A stretch of 64,000 nt of DNA, from the UHGV virus genome UHGV-0140522. One strand, given 5' to 3'. Under the pieces are notes generated by a model. It had not been told where the DNA came from. It saw only the letters and a program-made list of their open reading frames with translations, and ran no database searches. Position numbers and translations under genes: made by a program. The stretch comes from a virus. Every line of letters begins with the position of its first letter. The first letter of the stretch is position 1. This document shows, one piece after another, positions 8,302-19,382 of this stretch.

Positions 8302-11300
8302 TTACATTCTCGCCTTCAGTTCACGCACTTCCTTGCGCAGCTCCTTGACGGCCTCAACCAGCATACCGATAACGCCGTTATAGTTCAGACGCAGACGAGG
8401 CTCTCCGGACTGATCGTTATGATCAACCGTTACCAGTTCAGGCTGAACATTCTGGACGTCCTGAGCGATGAGGCCGCCAGACTGCTCATACCGGTCACAG
8501 ACCTGAATCTCGTACAGAACACCTTCGATCCGATCCAGCTTGTCGAGCGCTCGTTCAATCTTGCGAATATTGCGTTTGCTACGACGGTCAGAGCGGATAT
8601 AAACGTCATTAAAGCTGCCATTACCGCCACAAACCCAAGTACCATCATTCTGGAGGTATGCGTTCGCATCCGTGCCGTTTGCGGTACGTGAGTTGTTGAT
8701 CATGTAAAAACCAAACTGACTGTTTCCCAAGCCACCCAAGAAGAATTTGCGATCCGCGTGGTCTTGTCTCAACAACGCTTGTGCAGAGCTTGTACTTACA
8801 GCGTTCCTCCCGAAGATGACGTTCTGGTTACGCATATCTATCCACGCGCCAGAACTGCTGTTGATGGAAAAACGGTTGGCGTAAACCCACGCACTTGACG
8901 TGATGTCACCCGTTACACTCAACGGCTTAAGGCTTTGCAGCGTGCTATTAACGAACCTAAAAACATGGGCGCTATTGGCGTAAACATCCAGAATGCCATC
9001 TCCGTTCTGTTTAAAGCCGGTATCATTATCGCCAAGAACGATTGAATTACCGCCTAACCCGTTTGCAACCCCCAACCCCACACTTCCGTTGATGGTTGCC
9101 CCACCACCGATATCAATTCCGTTTGATATTGAAGCACGGCCAGTGGCATTGTTGATGGTTAAAGGACGTAAGCCATTCCAACCGCCATATGCACTGCCAG
9201 AATTGGTAAGAAGAAAATAGGTATTTGCACCGTCGTTACGGATAAAGAAACCGTAGTTTCCACTTACAGCCCTGAATTGGCCTCCATCTGTTTTTGCCGA
9301 AGTGACCTGGAGTTCCCCGGATGCAGTGATTCCGCCAGAGAGTGAACCGCCAGAAATCGGCAATGCACCGACATCAGCCGCAGTAGGTTTGAGAGCAGTG
9401 TTGTAATCTCTGCGCCAGGCAGGGGCATACGCGCTACCGTGATTAATATAGGTGAACTGAGCACAGGCAATCCCACCACCGGTCGTCGTTGTAGGCGTAG
9501 TTACTCGGATGGTCATTGCGCCTTCGGTACCTAAAACCTCGATAACTGCACCAGCAAGACAGATATTGCCGACACCTGTATCAGTGATAATTTTATTGTC
9601 GGCATATGACCAGGAACCCTTCATCATCCAGTACGGCACTTCGAAAGCACCACGCTCCTTCAGCCATGCGATAAATTCAGCGGTAGTCCAATTACCAGCC
9701 CCTGTGCTGTACGACGCGCTAAATGCTTGCGCGGCCCCAACGTCTTTCGCTGTGGGTTTGTGTGCTGTGGTGTAAACCTGTGCCCAATCAGACCAGTTTG
9801 CGTCACCGGCATCACGTCGAGATCGCACATATACCGGGGCATGAGCGCCGCTTGTTCCACTCCAACCAACTAAAAGTTCGCCCTCACCAGACGCATAAGC
9901 ACCTTTCAAGTGAATAACGTTGCCGTAAGCCGTTGGATAGCTATTGTTATAGGCTTCATACATCTGAATGCCAGGCATGGCACCTTGAGTGTTCGAAGCC
10001 AGCGCATTAACTCGCCCGCGGGAAACCAACGTCGGGATAGTAATGTTGGCAGAGCCATCGAACATTACGCTGTTGATTGTCCGCGGTGTTTGCAGTTTGG
10101 TTGCAGTAGCGGCATTACCAGTGGTGTTCTGATCACCCTGAATATTCACACCAGGTAGGTTGATATCAGCCGAACCGTCAAATCTCACTCCACCGATCTG
10201 GCGTGCAGTCTGAAGTACAGTCGCAGTGCTGGCATTACCCACCAGCGAACCGGTAATAGAGCCATCCTGATCAGAAATGACGCGATGGTAGACAGTCCCT
10301 TCTACAGCGTCTTCAGGCAGCGTATCCACAACCTCAAGTACTTCCAGAGTTTCGACCACAGCACCGGCAGATTGCAGGTTGACGACCAGCTTCTGAGAGC
10401 CAGCACCGGCTTTGAGGTAAATGTCGTAATTATCGTCAGTCGTGTTAACGGTAGCTACAGTCAACACAGCCGAATCCATAGTGCGATAAGCGACCGCATT
10501 CAACGATTTCGGATCGCCTGCAGCAGTTCGCAGCACAATATCGGCCATTGCAGCAAGCCCTGGCTGCCCGGCTTCGTACCCTGCCCCGCCGATCACTTCG
10601 ATGTATACGGTGCTGGTCGACTGTGGCATACGTGCCGTGGACACTTTCACCCACTTCGGCGCATCGGTAGCCATGTCCATTTCAGCCGAAGTCCCTTTCC
10701 ATTTCACACTGGCAACACTGGCCTGGGCGTTCTGGGCGTACTCATAAGCCTTCGTTTCTGATTCTTTGGCATTCAGTTCAGAAGTTTTCGCCCCGGCAGC
10801 CGCATCGGTCGCCTCAGTTGCTTTCGTGGATGCCAGAGCAGCAGAGTCAGAGGCTTCTTTGGCTTTAGCTTCAGCCACTGCCATCGCTTCGGTCGCAGTC
10901 GTTGCGGAAGCAGCAGCCTCACCTGCGGATTTGGCAGCAGCTGTTGCAGATCCTTCAGCGGCGGTCTCAGCAGACTTCGCGTTGGTTTCAGAGGTTTTGG
11001 CGGCTGCGGCAGATGCCTCAGAAGCTGTCGCCTGTTCACTGGCAACGTTGGCCTTCTCTGTTGCAGTTGTGGCCGAATCGGCAGCCGCGGTAGCGGATTT
11101 GCTCGCAGCATCAGCACTGCCAGCTGCGGCAGCGGCACTTTCCACTGCGTGGGCTTCTGAGTTCTGGGCAGCCGCTTTTGATGCTTCGGCAGCCGTTGCG
11201 CTCTCCGATGCAGCTGTCTCGGACGCCTTTGCATTGGTCTCCGAAGTTTTTGCCTTCTGTTCGCTGGACGCAGCAGCATTTTTACTCGCTAAAGCGGCGT

Positions 11301-12378
11301 CAGCAGACTCACCTGCAGCGGTGGCGCTTTCGGAAGCGGCGTTCGCGCTGGATGCGGCAGCTGACTCGCTGGCAGCAGCAGCCTTCTGTGATGCGTCGGC
11401 GTTGGTTTCTGACGTTTTGGCAGCCGCAGCACTTGCCACCGACTCACCGGCGCTCGAAGCAGCATGGGTTTCTGATTCCTTAGCCGCATTTTTTGAGGCC
11501 AGCGCATCAGCTGCACTGCCAGCGGCGGCCTGCTCTGAGGCAGAGGCATTGGTTTCAGAGGTTTTGGCAGCAGCAGCAGAGTCAGACGCAGCAGACGCTG
11601 AAGCAGAGGCTTCGGACGCGCTGGTCGCAGCCTGAGTTTCAGATGCTTTCGCCGCATCTTTGGATGCCGCGGCACTCGTGGCTGATTCTCCCGCTTCAGT
11701 CGCTTTGGTAGACGCTGTCGCGGCAGACGCAGCAGCTTCTACCTTGAAGCTCTCAGCATTGGTTTCAGACGTTTTGGCAGCGGAAGCGCTTGCACCGGCA
11801 GCGTTTTCTGATGCAGCAGCTGCGGCAGCACTCTGGCTTGCTTCGGTGGCTTTGGTAGACGCTGTATTGGCGCTTTCCGCAGCGGCCGCGGCACTGGCAG
11901 CAGCTTCCCTGGCCTTGTCGCCAGCGGCATTGATAACGTCGGCGTTATCCGTATACCATTTCTGGTTTGCGTTATGCTCATCGACGATCTGCGTCAGCGA
12001 CTTCACGGTCACTTCCGTACCGTCTTCACGCTCAAGCGTTACCTCATCAACTGCCGTCAACCAGGTGCGCATCGTCTTCGAGTCGGCTGACATTCGGGTC
12101 ATGAGCGCGGTAAAGCGTGCGCTGAACTGCGTTAAGTCGCCTTCATAGGTTGTGATGATGCGGCACGGAACGTCCGTCTGGGTCTCGCCCGTGTACGGCT
12201 CCGCGAGAATCAGGCTTGTGTCGCTGATTACACGCTTAATTTCGTACAATTTGTTGTCAGGGCCGATGACGATCATGCCCGGCAGAACGCCGTTGGCGGT
12301 CACATTCCAGTACGTGCCAGTGCCAGAAAGTGCGTCACTTCCCTGTGTAAATGTGATAGTACCTTCCCTGTACCACAT
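8302..12378 (-). CDS. long tail fibre with Ala-rich phage-fibre repeats and a C-terminal peptidase S74 intramolecular-chaperone domain
   Basis: A 1358-aa protein. Its central region carries about 12 tandem AAKTSETNAxASE-type repeats. The C-terminus (…RSDRRSKRNIRKIERALDKL…ELKARM) is characteristic of an S74 auto-cleaving chaperone domain. Confidence 0.85.
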   Translation of the reverse strand: MWYREGTITFTQGSDALSGTGTYWNVTANGVLPGMIVIGPDNKLYEIKRVISDTSLILAEPYTGETQTDVPCRIITTYEGDLTQFSARFTALMTRMSADSKTMRTWLTAVDEVTLEREDGTEVTVKSLTQIVDEHNANQKWYTDNADVINAAGDKAREAAASAAAAAESANTASTKATEASQSAAAAAASENAAGASASAAKTSETNAESFKVEAAASAATASTKATEAGESATSAAASKDAAKASETQAATSASEASASASAASDSAAAAKTSETNASASEQAAAGSAADALASKNAAKESETHAASSAGESVASAAAAKTSETNADASQKAAAASESAAASSANAASESATAAGESADAALASKNAAASSEQKAKTSETNAKASETAASESATAAEASKAAAQNSEAHAVESAAAAAGSADAASKSATAAADSATTATEKANVASEQATASEASAAAAKTSETNAKSAETAAEGSATAAAKSAGEAAASATTATEAMAVAEAKAKEASDSAALASTKATEATDAAAGAKTSELNAKESETKAYEYAQNAQASVASVKWKGTSAEMDMATDAPKWVKVSTARMPQSTSTVYIEVIGGAGYEAGQPGLAAMADIVLRTAAGDPKSLNAVAYRTMDSAVLTVATVNTTDDNYDIYLKAGAGSQKLVVNLQSAGAVVETLEVLEVVDTLPEDAVEGTVYHRVISDQDGSITGSLVGNASTATVLQTARQIGGVRFDGSADINLPGVNIQGDQNTTGNAATATKLQTPRTINSVMFDGSANITIPTLVSRGRVNALASNTQGAMPGIQMYEAYNNSYPTAYGNVIHLKGAYASGEGELLVGWSGTSGAHAPVYVRSRRDAGDANWSDWAQVYTTAHKPTAKDVGAAQAFSASYSTGAGNWTTAEFIAWLKERGAFEVPYWMMKGSWSYADNKIITDTGVGNICLAGAVIEVLGTEGAMTIRVTTPTTTTGGGIACAQFTYINHGSAYAPAWRRDYNTALKPTAADVGALPISGGSLSGGITASGELQVTSAKTDGGQFRAVSGNYGFFIRNDGANTYFLLTNSGSAYGGWNGLRPLTINNATGRASISNGIDIGGGATINGSVGLGVANGLGGNSIVLGDNDTGFKQNGDGILDVYANSAHVFRFVNSTLQSLKPLSVTGDITSSAWVYANRFSINSSSGAWIDMRNQNVIFGRNAVSTSSAQALLRQDHADRKFFLGGLGNSQFGFYMINNSRTANGTDANAYLQNDGTWVCGGNGSFNDVYIRSDRRSKRNIRKIERALDKLDRIEGVLYEIQVCDRYEQSGGLIAQDVQNVQPELVTVDHNDQSGEPRLRLNYNGVIGMLVEAVKELRKEVRELKARM

Positions 12379-12492
12379 ATTCTCTCCTTGAAAGGACGGG
12401 CATCCATGCCCGCCATAAGTAAGTACATACCTATATTACTTGTTATAAAAACGCTTTTCTACACTGCATAAAATAACAATTAACGCATTGAG

Positions 12493-15400
12493 TTAGCTAA
12501 TAACAATACCTGAAGTACTCTTTTTAACGACTATCACTAATAGGTCGCTGACACGAGATCGAGGCCAACCTCCACTGTTTCCTCTTGTACTTGCAGTAAA
12601 TGTCAGTGTTTTGGCACCACGACCTGCAGGCATGTCAAAAATCGCATTATAACATTCCTGCTTCCCTGAACTTGTTGCCTGATAAATCAGTGACCCGTTA
12701 TGAGTAACTTTAAAAGTACATTCATCCCAGACATCGTTACTCGTATTACTTTCATATGAGCTTCCCGAAAATAAAATGGGTGGAATAATTATCTGTCGGT
12801 CAAAAGATTGATCGTCATGAACAGTGACGGTCAGACTTCCGTTAGCATATAAATACTCCCCTGTTGTCGGGTTTTTAAAGTGAGGAAACTCCCTACCCGC
12901 TGCTTTAACAACATCGCCTATGATCTTTTCAGCTCTTAGCGTGCCATTAATGATACATGTGTCAGCGATAGTGACGTGGTTCAGCGTGCCAGAATTAGCA
13001 TCTACATTTCCCCTGAATGTTCCGTTGCAAAACTCGGCTGTTCCATCTTTACGAATACTCCATCCGGATCTTCCTGAAACATAGTCATTTGACTGAATCA
13101 CGTTGCCAATCTTGGCATTACTGATCGTCCCGTCTTTAATCCATGCTCCATTCATATAAGCAACACCGTTCTCTATGACAAACGGCGTGGTGATCTTCCC
13201 GTTTACGGAGTTTACCAGGCCAAAACGGTCTGCCTGAACCAAAAACTGCGATAGACCGGTGCTGTCGATACCCAGCGCGATACCTGCAACGTACTTCTGG
13301 CCGCCACTGGTAGACGTTTCCATCTTCAGCGTCCAGGCAGCAGAAACCTTCTTATCGGTATCAGCAATGGCCTTCGCCTGCTCCTGGATGAGAGCCGAGT
13401 TACCATCAACTTCAGCCTTAACCGTATCAATTCTCTTACCGAGAGCACCGTCAGCGTTTGCACGCGCGGTGGCTTCGGATGTGATAGCAGCGTTGATATC
13501 TTTGCCGGTCTGAGCCTGAAGATTGGTGATCTGCCCGGCCAGAGCAGAGTCGGCATCGGTACGCGCTTTCGTCTCCGTGGCAACGGCAGCCTTGATGTCC
13601 TCTGCCGTCTGAGCCTTCAGCGAACTGATCTGCGAAGCCAGAGCACCATCTGCATCGGTTCGAGCCTGGGTCTCTGCCGCAACGGCTGCTTTGATATCCT
13701 CACCAGTCTGGGCCTTCAGTTGGGTGATTTGCTTCGATAGCGCCTCATCCGCTGTGGCTCGGGCAATCTGCTCTTCAGTGAGTGCCGCGCTGATATCCCC
13801 TTCAACTTTCGCCTGCAACGTGGTGATCTGACGAGAAAGCGCTTCGTCCGCAGTCGCACGCGCCTCTTGTTCAGCAACAATGGCCGCTGAGATATCGTCG
13901 TTGAGCTGGGCTTCCAGCTTGGAGATATGCGTCGCAATAGCCTTATCAGCCTCTACGCGAGCCGTTGTCTCTTCCAGAATCGATGCCCGGATGTCCTCAC
14001 CAATTTCTGCGCGGATCTCTTCCACTTTTGAGGCCATTGCAGACATATCGTCGGCAAACGTCTTCTGAGTGGTGGCGATCTTCGCGTTATTGACCATTTG
14101 CTTGTGCTGGTCTTCATCCTGACGCAGAGCGAGGTCAATATTGGTTTTGGCCAGAGCCTCGATATTGGTCGATACTTCCGCGCTGGCGCGTTCGACTTCG
14201 GCAACGGTCTTTTTCATCTCTTCGACGGCGGCAACGCTGTCATCGACGGAGGATTTCATTGCCTCAATCTGTTTGGCATTTGCCTTATCGCCTTCGACAC
14301 GGGCTTCACGCTCTTCAGCAATCAGCGCGGAGGCATTGTCGAGCGCAGCGTGTGCCGCTTCCACAGCACCTGCAACGGCTTTGCCCTGCTCGGAAACGGT
14401 CTCCTGCAACTCAACCAGAGCCGCATTAGAGTCCTCAACCTGTTGCAGCGCGTCGTTGACCTTGTCCAGCGTGCCAGAGACTTCATTTTTGAGGTCGTTC
14501 TGGGCCTGTTCAAGCCGACCGCTGGTGTCTTCCAGTTTGCTGTCCAGATCGGCAACGGACTGATCAAGCTCTTTCAGGCTTTCTTCCATCTGTTTGTTGA
14601 TGGCGTCGACCGCATCCTGAGAGGCTTTAGAGTCGATTTCCTCCAGCAGCTCCTGTCCCAGCTCGGAAGAGGTGATCTTCCCGGTAAGGAATGAGAGGAC
14701 GTCTCGCGTCATCGCTTCCGTACCCAGATTGGAGTTCGGCGGGCTTAACATGCCACGCTTGTTCACCGCGCGAACCCAATAGTACCAGGTCTCGCTATCC
14801 CCAAGACCGGCATGGGTGAACGTGGTGCTGGCAGCCTCTGCAATCAACTTTGCCGTTTCCAGATCGTTGGTCTGGGAGGCGTACACGTTGATGTGATCGA
14901 GGTCGATTGAGTCCGGGTTGACCCAATTCAGAATCACGTTGCGGTAGTCACCAACGGCCGTCAGAGAGGTAGGAGAGCCTGGCGGCGTCATCGTACCTTT
15001 CACCTGGTAAACGGTACTGATGATGTCCGTCTTCTTGCCGCTGAACGAAACCGCATAGAGCTGAATGTCGTATTGGCCATTCTCGGCAATATTGAGGATC
15101 TCGAACTGCTCTTCGGTAACGCGTGCGGACTGCCAGTTAGAGACGTTGTTCTCATCGGAACGACGCCAGCTGATCCAATATTCCGCAGACTTACCTTCCC
15201 AGGTGGCAACGAGCTTGATTGAGAGGTTGCCCGGACTGGAGATATACGTCCCTTCCGTCACCTGCAGGTTGGTCGGCTTCGAATAAGTCGGGTCGAGAAC
15301 GGTGTTGTTCTCGGGGATCAGCGTCGCGCCGTTGTCGATGGCTTCGTACTTCGATGCGTTATTCTGGACAACGGTAACGTCAAACGTCCCCTGAGCCTCG

Positions 15401-17214
15401 CCCTGGGCAACGTTGATAACACGCACGCGCATTGGTTCCAGATCTGGCTCGGTAATCGTCCAGACGCCATTCATAACCGGCATATCACCAGAATTGAGCG
15501 CTTTGGAGAAGGTTACTTTGGTAATGTCTTCCCCGGTCTCAAGAATATCGCGCTCAACGATTTCTCCTTCCTGATTCAAGATCCGGATGTAGCTACCAGC
15601 CTTATTCAGCGTAACCGGTGCGTCGAGAGTGATGCTGTTCTTTGTGAACGCCACAATGCGGCCAGAGTTGCGTTTACCAGCACGGTATTTGTTCTGAATC
15701 AGCACCGTTTCGCCCGGCATCAGGAAGGAAGCATCCAGCCCTGCCGTAAAGCTGATAACGTCGGACTCCATGCGTGCGGTATACAGCAGCCACAGACCGA
15801 CACGATGCGCCTGGCCACGGCTTGTACAGCCGAACGCAACCACTTCGGTTTTGCGCTCGCCATAACGACGCATCGCCTCCTGGTCTTCGACGTACTCGAT
15901 GTTCTGCTTGTAGCCGTCTTCCTTGTTGTTGTAGGTCACAAGAGCCACTGACGGACGGTCTTTACGCGCAGATCCCTTGTAACTGAACATGCCATCTTTG
16001 ACGTTCGCGTTGGTGAACATCATGACCGGATCTGACGGACTATCCTGCATGACGTTAACCATGCCGCCAGCCCAGAAGACCATTCCGCGGAAGGCGCCAG
16101 CGATATCCTGAATCAGTCGGTACGCATCCTGACGGCTGGTGATCTGGGTGTTGATAGCGAAGCGCTTCTCTTTGCCACCGAAACCATCGTCAATCTCTTC
16201 GTCGCAGTAGCGCCCAATCTGGTAGATCTGCCCGAGGTCAATCATGGACTCAGAAACGTACTGCCCCAGGCCATAACGGGCGTTGGTAAGCAGGTCGAAG
16301 AGAATCCAGGCAGGGTTGGAAGATGACAACAGCTTGAATGTGCCATCCCATACGCCGATATAGGTGTTTGTGTGCTCGTCGTAGTTGGACGGGACTCGGA
16401 TCTTAAGGCCACGCACCAGATACGAACGAGACGGCATCGAGCTGCCGAACTGCTCTGAGTTGACCTTGAGACCAACCAGCGCGGAGTTCGGGTAGTTCAT
16501 CGGCGTATCAACAATCTCACCGATAGAGTCCACCCACGTATCGTTAAAGATGTACTGAGTGTTGCTGTCATCGGTCAGACGAAGCACGCGAACCTTGTAG
16601 GCACGACCTGGCTTGGGCAGTTTTAGCTCATAGCTGCGGTAGTAGACGCCCGTCTTTTTTGCCGTCAGCGTAATTTCGGAAGTGCTCTCCCCTTCTGCGA
16701 TGGCGTCCTTGAAGGCATTATCGCCATTGGCAATCTGGAATTTGTAATTCACGGTCGTACCGTTGGTATCACCGGTCTTTTTGTCGATGCTACGCAGAGA
16801 CGGGAACTTAAGAATGACGCGGACACGGTCTGCCTCATCGTTATCGATGGCAATCGTAACGTCGTGCATTCTTTTCAACTGGATGTTGACTGACTTCGGC
16901 GTTTCAACGAAATCGAACCCGGACATCGGCGTCTGGTCTTGTGAACCATCGCGGAAGTCCCACGTGATACCGCTAAAGTTTGGAGACCCGTCTTCGTTAA
17001 GGATTGGCAGATCATCAACGAAGATCGACTTTGCGCCATCCACCAGCCCGCCAATGACACCCTCCCCGAGCAGGTCGAGGATGGACGCCATAGCACGCGA
17101 GTTTACGGTATCGTCGGCTTCAACCGGCGTGCGGCTGGAGCCACTGCTTTTCTTACCGCCAGCACCTGCAATCAGGAGAGGCAGTCTCTTCTTCTTGAAC
17201 TGTTCCATGTTCAA
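12493..17214 (-). CDS. central tail fibre / host-specificity protein (lambda J-like) with an inserted coiled-coil repeat region
   Basis: A 1573-aa protein in the position after an I-like gene. It has a long internal heptad-type repeat block (…EARATADEALSxQIxxLxAxxxxDIxAA…). Confidence 0.85.
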   Translation of the reverse strand: MNMEQFKKKRLPLLIAGAGGKKSSGSSRTPVEADDTVNSRAMASILDLLGEGVIGGLVDGAKSIFVDDLPILNEDGSPNFSGITWDFRDGSQDQTPMSGFDFVETPKSVNIQLKRMHDVTIAIDNDEADRVRVILKFPSLRSIDKKTGDTNGTTVNYKFQIANGDNAFKDAIAEGESTSEITLTAKKTGVYYRSYELKLPKPGRAYKVRVLRLTDDSNTQYIFNDTWVDSIGEIVDTPMNYPNSALVGLKVNSEQFGSSMPSRSYLVRGLKIRVPSNYDEHTNTYIGVWDGTFKLLSSSNPAWILFDLLTNARYGLGQYVSESMIDLGQIYQIGRYCDEEIDDGFGGKEKRFAINTQITSRQDAYRLIQDIAGAFRGMVFWAGGMVNVMQDSPSDPVMMFTNANVKDGMFSYKGSARKDRPSVALVTYNNKEDGYKQNIEYVEDQEAMRRYGERKTEVVAFGCTSRGQAHRVGLWLLYTARMESDVISFTAGLDASFLMPGETVLIQNKYRAGKRNSGRIVAFTKNSITLDAPVTLNKAGSYIRILNQEGEIVERDILETGEDITKVTFSKALNSGDMPVMNGVWTITEPDLEPMRVRVINVAQGEAQGTFDVTVVQNNASKYEAIDNGATLIPENNTVLDPTYSKPTNLQVTEGTYISSPGNLSIKLVATWEGKSAEYWISWRRSDENNVSNWQSARVTEEQFEILNIAENGQYDIQLYAVSFSGKKTDIISTVYQVKGTMTPPGSPTSLTAVGDYRNVILNWVNPDSIDLDHINVYASQTNDLETAKLIAEAASTTFTHAGLGDSETWYYWVRAVNKRGMLSPPNSNLGTEAMTRDVLSFLTGKITSSELGQELLEEIDSKASQDAVDAINKQMEESLKELDQSVADLDSKLEDTSGRLEQAQNDLKNEVSGTLDKVNDALQQVEDSNAALVELQETVSEQGKAVAGAVEAAHAALDNASALIAEEREARVEGDKANAKQIEAMKSSVDDSVAAVEEMKKTVAEVERASAEVSTNIEALAKTNIDLALRQDEDQHKQMVNNAKIATTQKTFADDMSAMASKVEEIRAEIGEDIRASILEETTARVEADKAIATHISKLEAQLNDDISAAIVAEQEARATADEALSRQITTLQAKVEGDISAALTEEQIARATADEALSKQITQLKAQTGEDIKAAVAAETQARTDADGALASQISSLKAQTAEDIKAAVATETKARTDADSALAGQITNLQAQTGKDINAAITSEATARANADGALGKRIDTVKAEVDGNSALIQEQAKAIADTDKKVSAAWTLKMETSTSGGQKYVAGIALGIDSTGLSQFLVQADRFGLVNSVNGKITTPFVIENGVAYMNGAWIKDGTISNAKIGNVIQSNDYVSGRSGWSIRKDGTAEFCNGTFRGNVDANSGTLNHVTIADTCIINGTLRAEKIIGDVVKAAGREFPHFKNPTTGEYLYANGSLTVTVHDDQSFDRQIIIPPILFSGSSYESNTSNDVWDECTFKVTHNGSLIYQATSSGKQECYNAIFDMPAGRGAKTLTFTASTRGNSGGWPRSRVSDLLVIVVKKSTSGIVIS

Positions 17215-17229
17215 AAATTTCCCTTCTTA

Positions 17230-17817
17230 CTAAAGCTGGTCGATGGTGATCGAAGAACTCACAACCTGTGAGCCGACCAGAATTTCCTCGCCATAAATGA
17301 GCTGAACCGGGTTGCCCTGGTTAGTGGTGTTTTGTGGCCCGTCGAAATAAAACGAGTTCGAGTTATCTGCCTGCCTTACGCTGTCATTGGTCGCCTGGGG
17401 CGAAATTAACTGCGAAATACCTCCCATCATTAGCGACAAGCCGAGCGGGGCCAGCGCTGGGAACCAGAATGAGGCAACCATGACGAGTGCCCCTACGACT
17501 GTCTGGAACCAACCAAAAGCCTTACCGCCACTACCGCGAGGAACCGGCGTGATGCGGATCTTCGCGATGTTGTCGGACTGCCCCATCATTTGAAACTCGC
17601 TCTCATCAACCGACCACTTATGCCCCTGCTTATTGGTGATCTGGATGTGGTAACTGTCGTAGGTCTTCATGTTGCGTTTCATCCAGGCTTTTAAGCCCGG
17701 ACGGTTGGCTTCGACCAAATCCAACGCCTGTTTGGTGTTGCGCACTTTTAAATGCCAGTGGCGGCCGAAATGTCTGGCCATCGGGCCACCAAGTTGCACA
17801 TGAACTAACTCAGACAC
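17230..17817 (-). CDS. tail assembly protein (lambda I-like)
   Basis: Size (195 aa), position between the K-like and J-like genes, and a central hydrophobic segment all fit lambda I. Confidence 0.65.
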   Translation of the reverse strand: MSELVHVQLGGPMARHFGRHWHLKVRNTKQALDLVEANRPGLKAWMKRNMKTYDSYHIQITNKQGHKWSVDESEFQMMGQSDNIAKIRITPVPRGSGGKAFGWFQTVVGALVMVASFWFPALAPLGLSLMMGGISQLISPQATNDSVRQADNSNSFYFDGPQNTTNQGNPVQLIYGEEILVGSQVVSSSITIDQL

Positions 17818-18629
17818 GTTTCATCTCCCTTGAGTAAGTCTCTGTGACGCAGGTGGTGCGTCGTGTGTTTCTGGTACATGCCACCGTAATAAGCGCGACA
17901 GCTCAGACGGTCGATCTGGTGGTGCAGGATCATTCCGTCTCCGATGTACACCGCGCAGTGGTCAGGCATCTTTCCGTACTGAATGAAGAAGACGTCACCA
18001 CGCTGGGGTTCCGTCCCCGGCGCCAGACGAACAAGCCCTTCATTGCGGTAGTTCTGATCGAGAATGTCGGTATCGCCCGTGTACCACGATGGAATATGCA
18101 GGTGCGGGTTTGGATTCAACTCGACGTTGAACTCACGCTTCAGGTAGTCGCGGCACAGCATCCAGCAGTCGAAGACACCAAACACATAGGGCCGCCCCAG
18201 ATAAGGCATCTCAAAGCCGTCTGGGGTGATCACATTCATCTCACTGAAGTGAAATGGCGCATCGCCCTCGACGTTCTTCCGAACAGCCAGAATCAGCCAC
18301 GGAACTTCCGTTGCCTCGCATCCGGCGCGGTCGGCGTCTGACGCTTCAGCTGATTCGTCAGTGTGGGAGTGCCAGATGGCAACCACGTCTCCCGCATCTT
18401 CCGCTGCGATAATGTCGTCAGCGTGCATAACAAACGTGTTTTCCGGGTTTTCCGACACGTTCCGGGCTTCCATGAAGCGATATTTCTCGCCAGTGGTACG
18501 TACCAGAAAGCCACACGCTTCGTTCGGGTAGCGTTTGATGGCTGTCAGATAGATTTCCTGCATAACGTCCGAACCAAGCTCAGGGAAAGCTCTATTACCC
18601 ATAACGCGTTGCTCCAATGAACCCGCCAA
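17805..18629 (-). CDS. tail tip assembly protein (lambda K-like; MPN/JAMM plus NlpC/P60 domains)
   Basis: Contains a JAMM-like HSH..D motif (AIWHSHTDES…D) and an NlpC/P60-like Cys/His pair (FDCWMLC … HCAVYIGDGMILHH). Confidence 0.8.
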   Translation of the reverse strand: MAGSLEQRVMGNRAFPELGSDVMQEIYLTAIKRYPNEACGFLVRTTGEKYRFMEARNVSENPENTFVMHADDIIAAEDAGDVVAIWHSHTDESAEASDADRAGCEATEVPWLILAVRKNVEGDAPFHFSEMNVITPDGFEMPYLGRPYVFGVFDCWMLCRDYLKREFNVELNPNPHLHIPSWYTGDTDILDQNYRNEGLVRLAPGTEPQRGDVFFIQYGKMPDHCAVYIGDGMILHHQIDRLSCRAYYGGMYQKHTTHHLRHRDLLKGDETCLS

Positions 18630-19293
18630 AGTGGATTACGCCATTGGCAAAGTAGTTACGGCGTGCGTTGCATGAGTCGTAGCGTTTCGTGCAGTAATCC
18701 GCGCCTGACATGGTGGTTTGCTGGTTGTTTTTGTCGAAATAGGGGCCGGTGTAGCCGCACTCTGGACCGCGGTATTTCCACGGGCAGGTGTTTTTGATGA
18801 TCTGGCGGTACGGCAGCTGCACGCCCATCAGATCGAACACACTCGACAGCTCAAACTCGACAACCTCATGGGTTTCGAGAGTCTTCTGTTCGATGAACCA
18901 CATCTCATCCGGGAAGTGCTGATTTGGATCTGCGGTTGGATTCCCGTCTTTGAAGTTGGCCGCGTCGAGAAAACGCGCCAGCGTCATCTTGCGGATGATG
19001 CGACAGCCAACCAGATCGTCGTTTGCCTGAACTTCAGCGGAGACAGTTCCGGCAAAGTTGGAGACCTGGATTTTTGGACGCGGCAAAGTACCCTGACCAG
19101 TCTTATCAAAGCCTGACGCCTTGATTGGCCACGGTTCGTAGGACACGCCTTGCCAAACGACTGGCTCCATCAGTTCGTTTGTACCAGCGTGGAAAAACAG
19201 CTTGCCCCCAGAGGTGGTGTTCGACATATCAAGTTCGAACAGCTCAATGAGCGCGGAGGGCGACAAGCTCTGAATATCAGCTTTAATACCCAT
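18595..19293 (-). CDS. minor tail protein (lambda L-like)
   Basis: C-terminal Cys cluster (CPWKYRGPECGY…DYCTKRYDSCNARRNYF). The start at 19293 is preferred because it has an AAGGAAG RBS and gives 232 aa. The ORF track extends to 19326. Confidence 0.7.
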   Translation of the reverse strand: MGIKADIQSLSPSALIELFELDMSNTTSGGKLFFHAGTNELMEPVVWQGVSYEPWPIKASGFDKTGQGTLPRPKIQVSNFAGTVSAEVQANDDLVGCRIIRKMTLARFLDAANFKDGNPTADPNQHFPDEMWFIEQKTLETHEVVEFELSSVFDLMGVQLPYRQIIKNTCPWKYRGPECGYTGPYFDKNNQQTTMSGADYCTKRYDSCNARRNYFANGVIHFGGFIGATRYG

Positions 19294-19382
19294 CGTTTCT
19301 TCCTTGAAATAAAGAGGCGCCAACATCCTGTCAGCGCCTATAGATAATAGTAAATAAGTGCTTACTTATCTAGTGGGTTGAA

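Noticed and set aside
10766-11635. 289-aa Ala-rich plus-strand ORF, plus several shorter ORFs on both strands, within 10700-12150
   Set aside because: They lie entirely inside the tail-fibre gene's Ala-rich tandem repeats. The repeat periodicity keeps alternative frames open. They have no independent start signals and read antisense to a confidently called gene.
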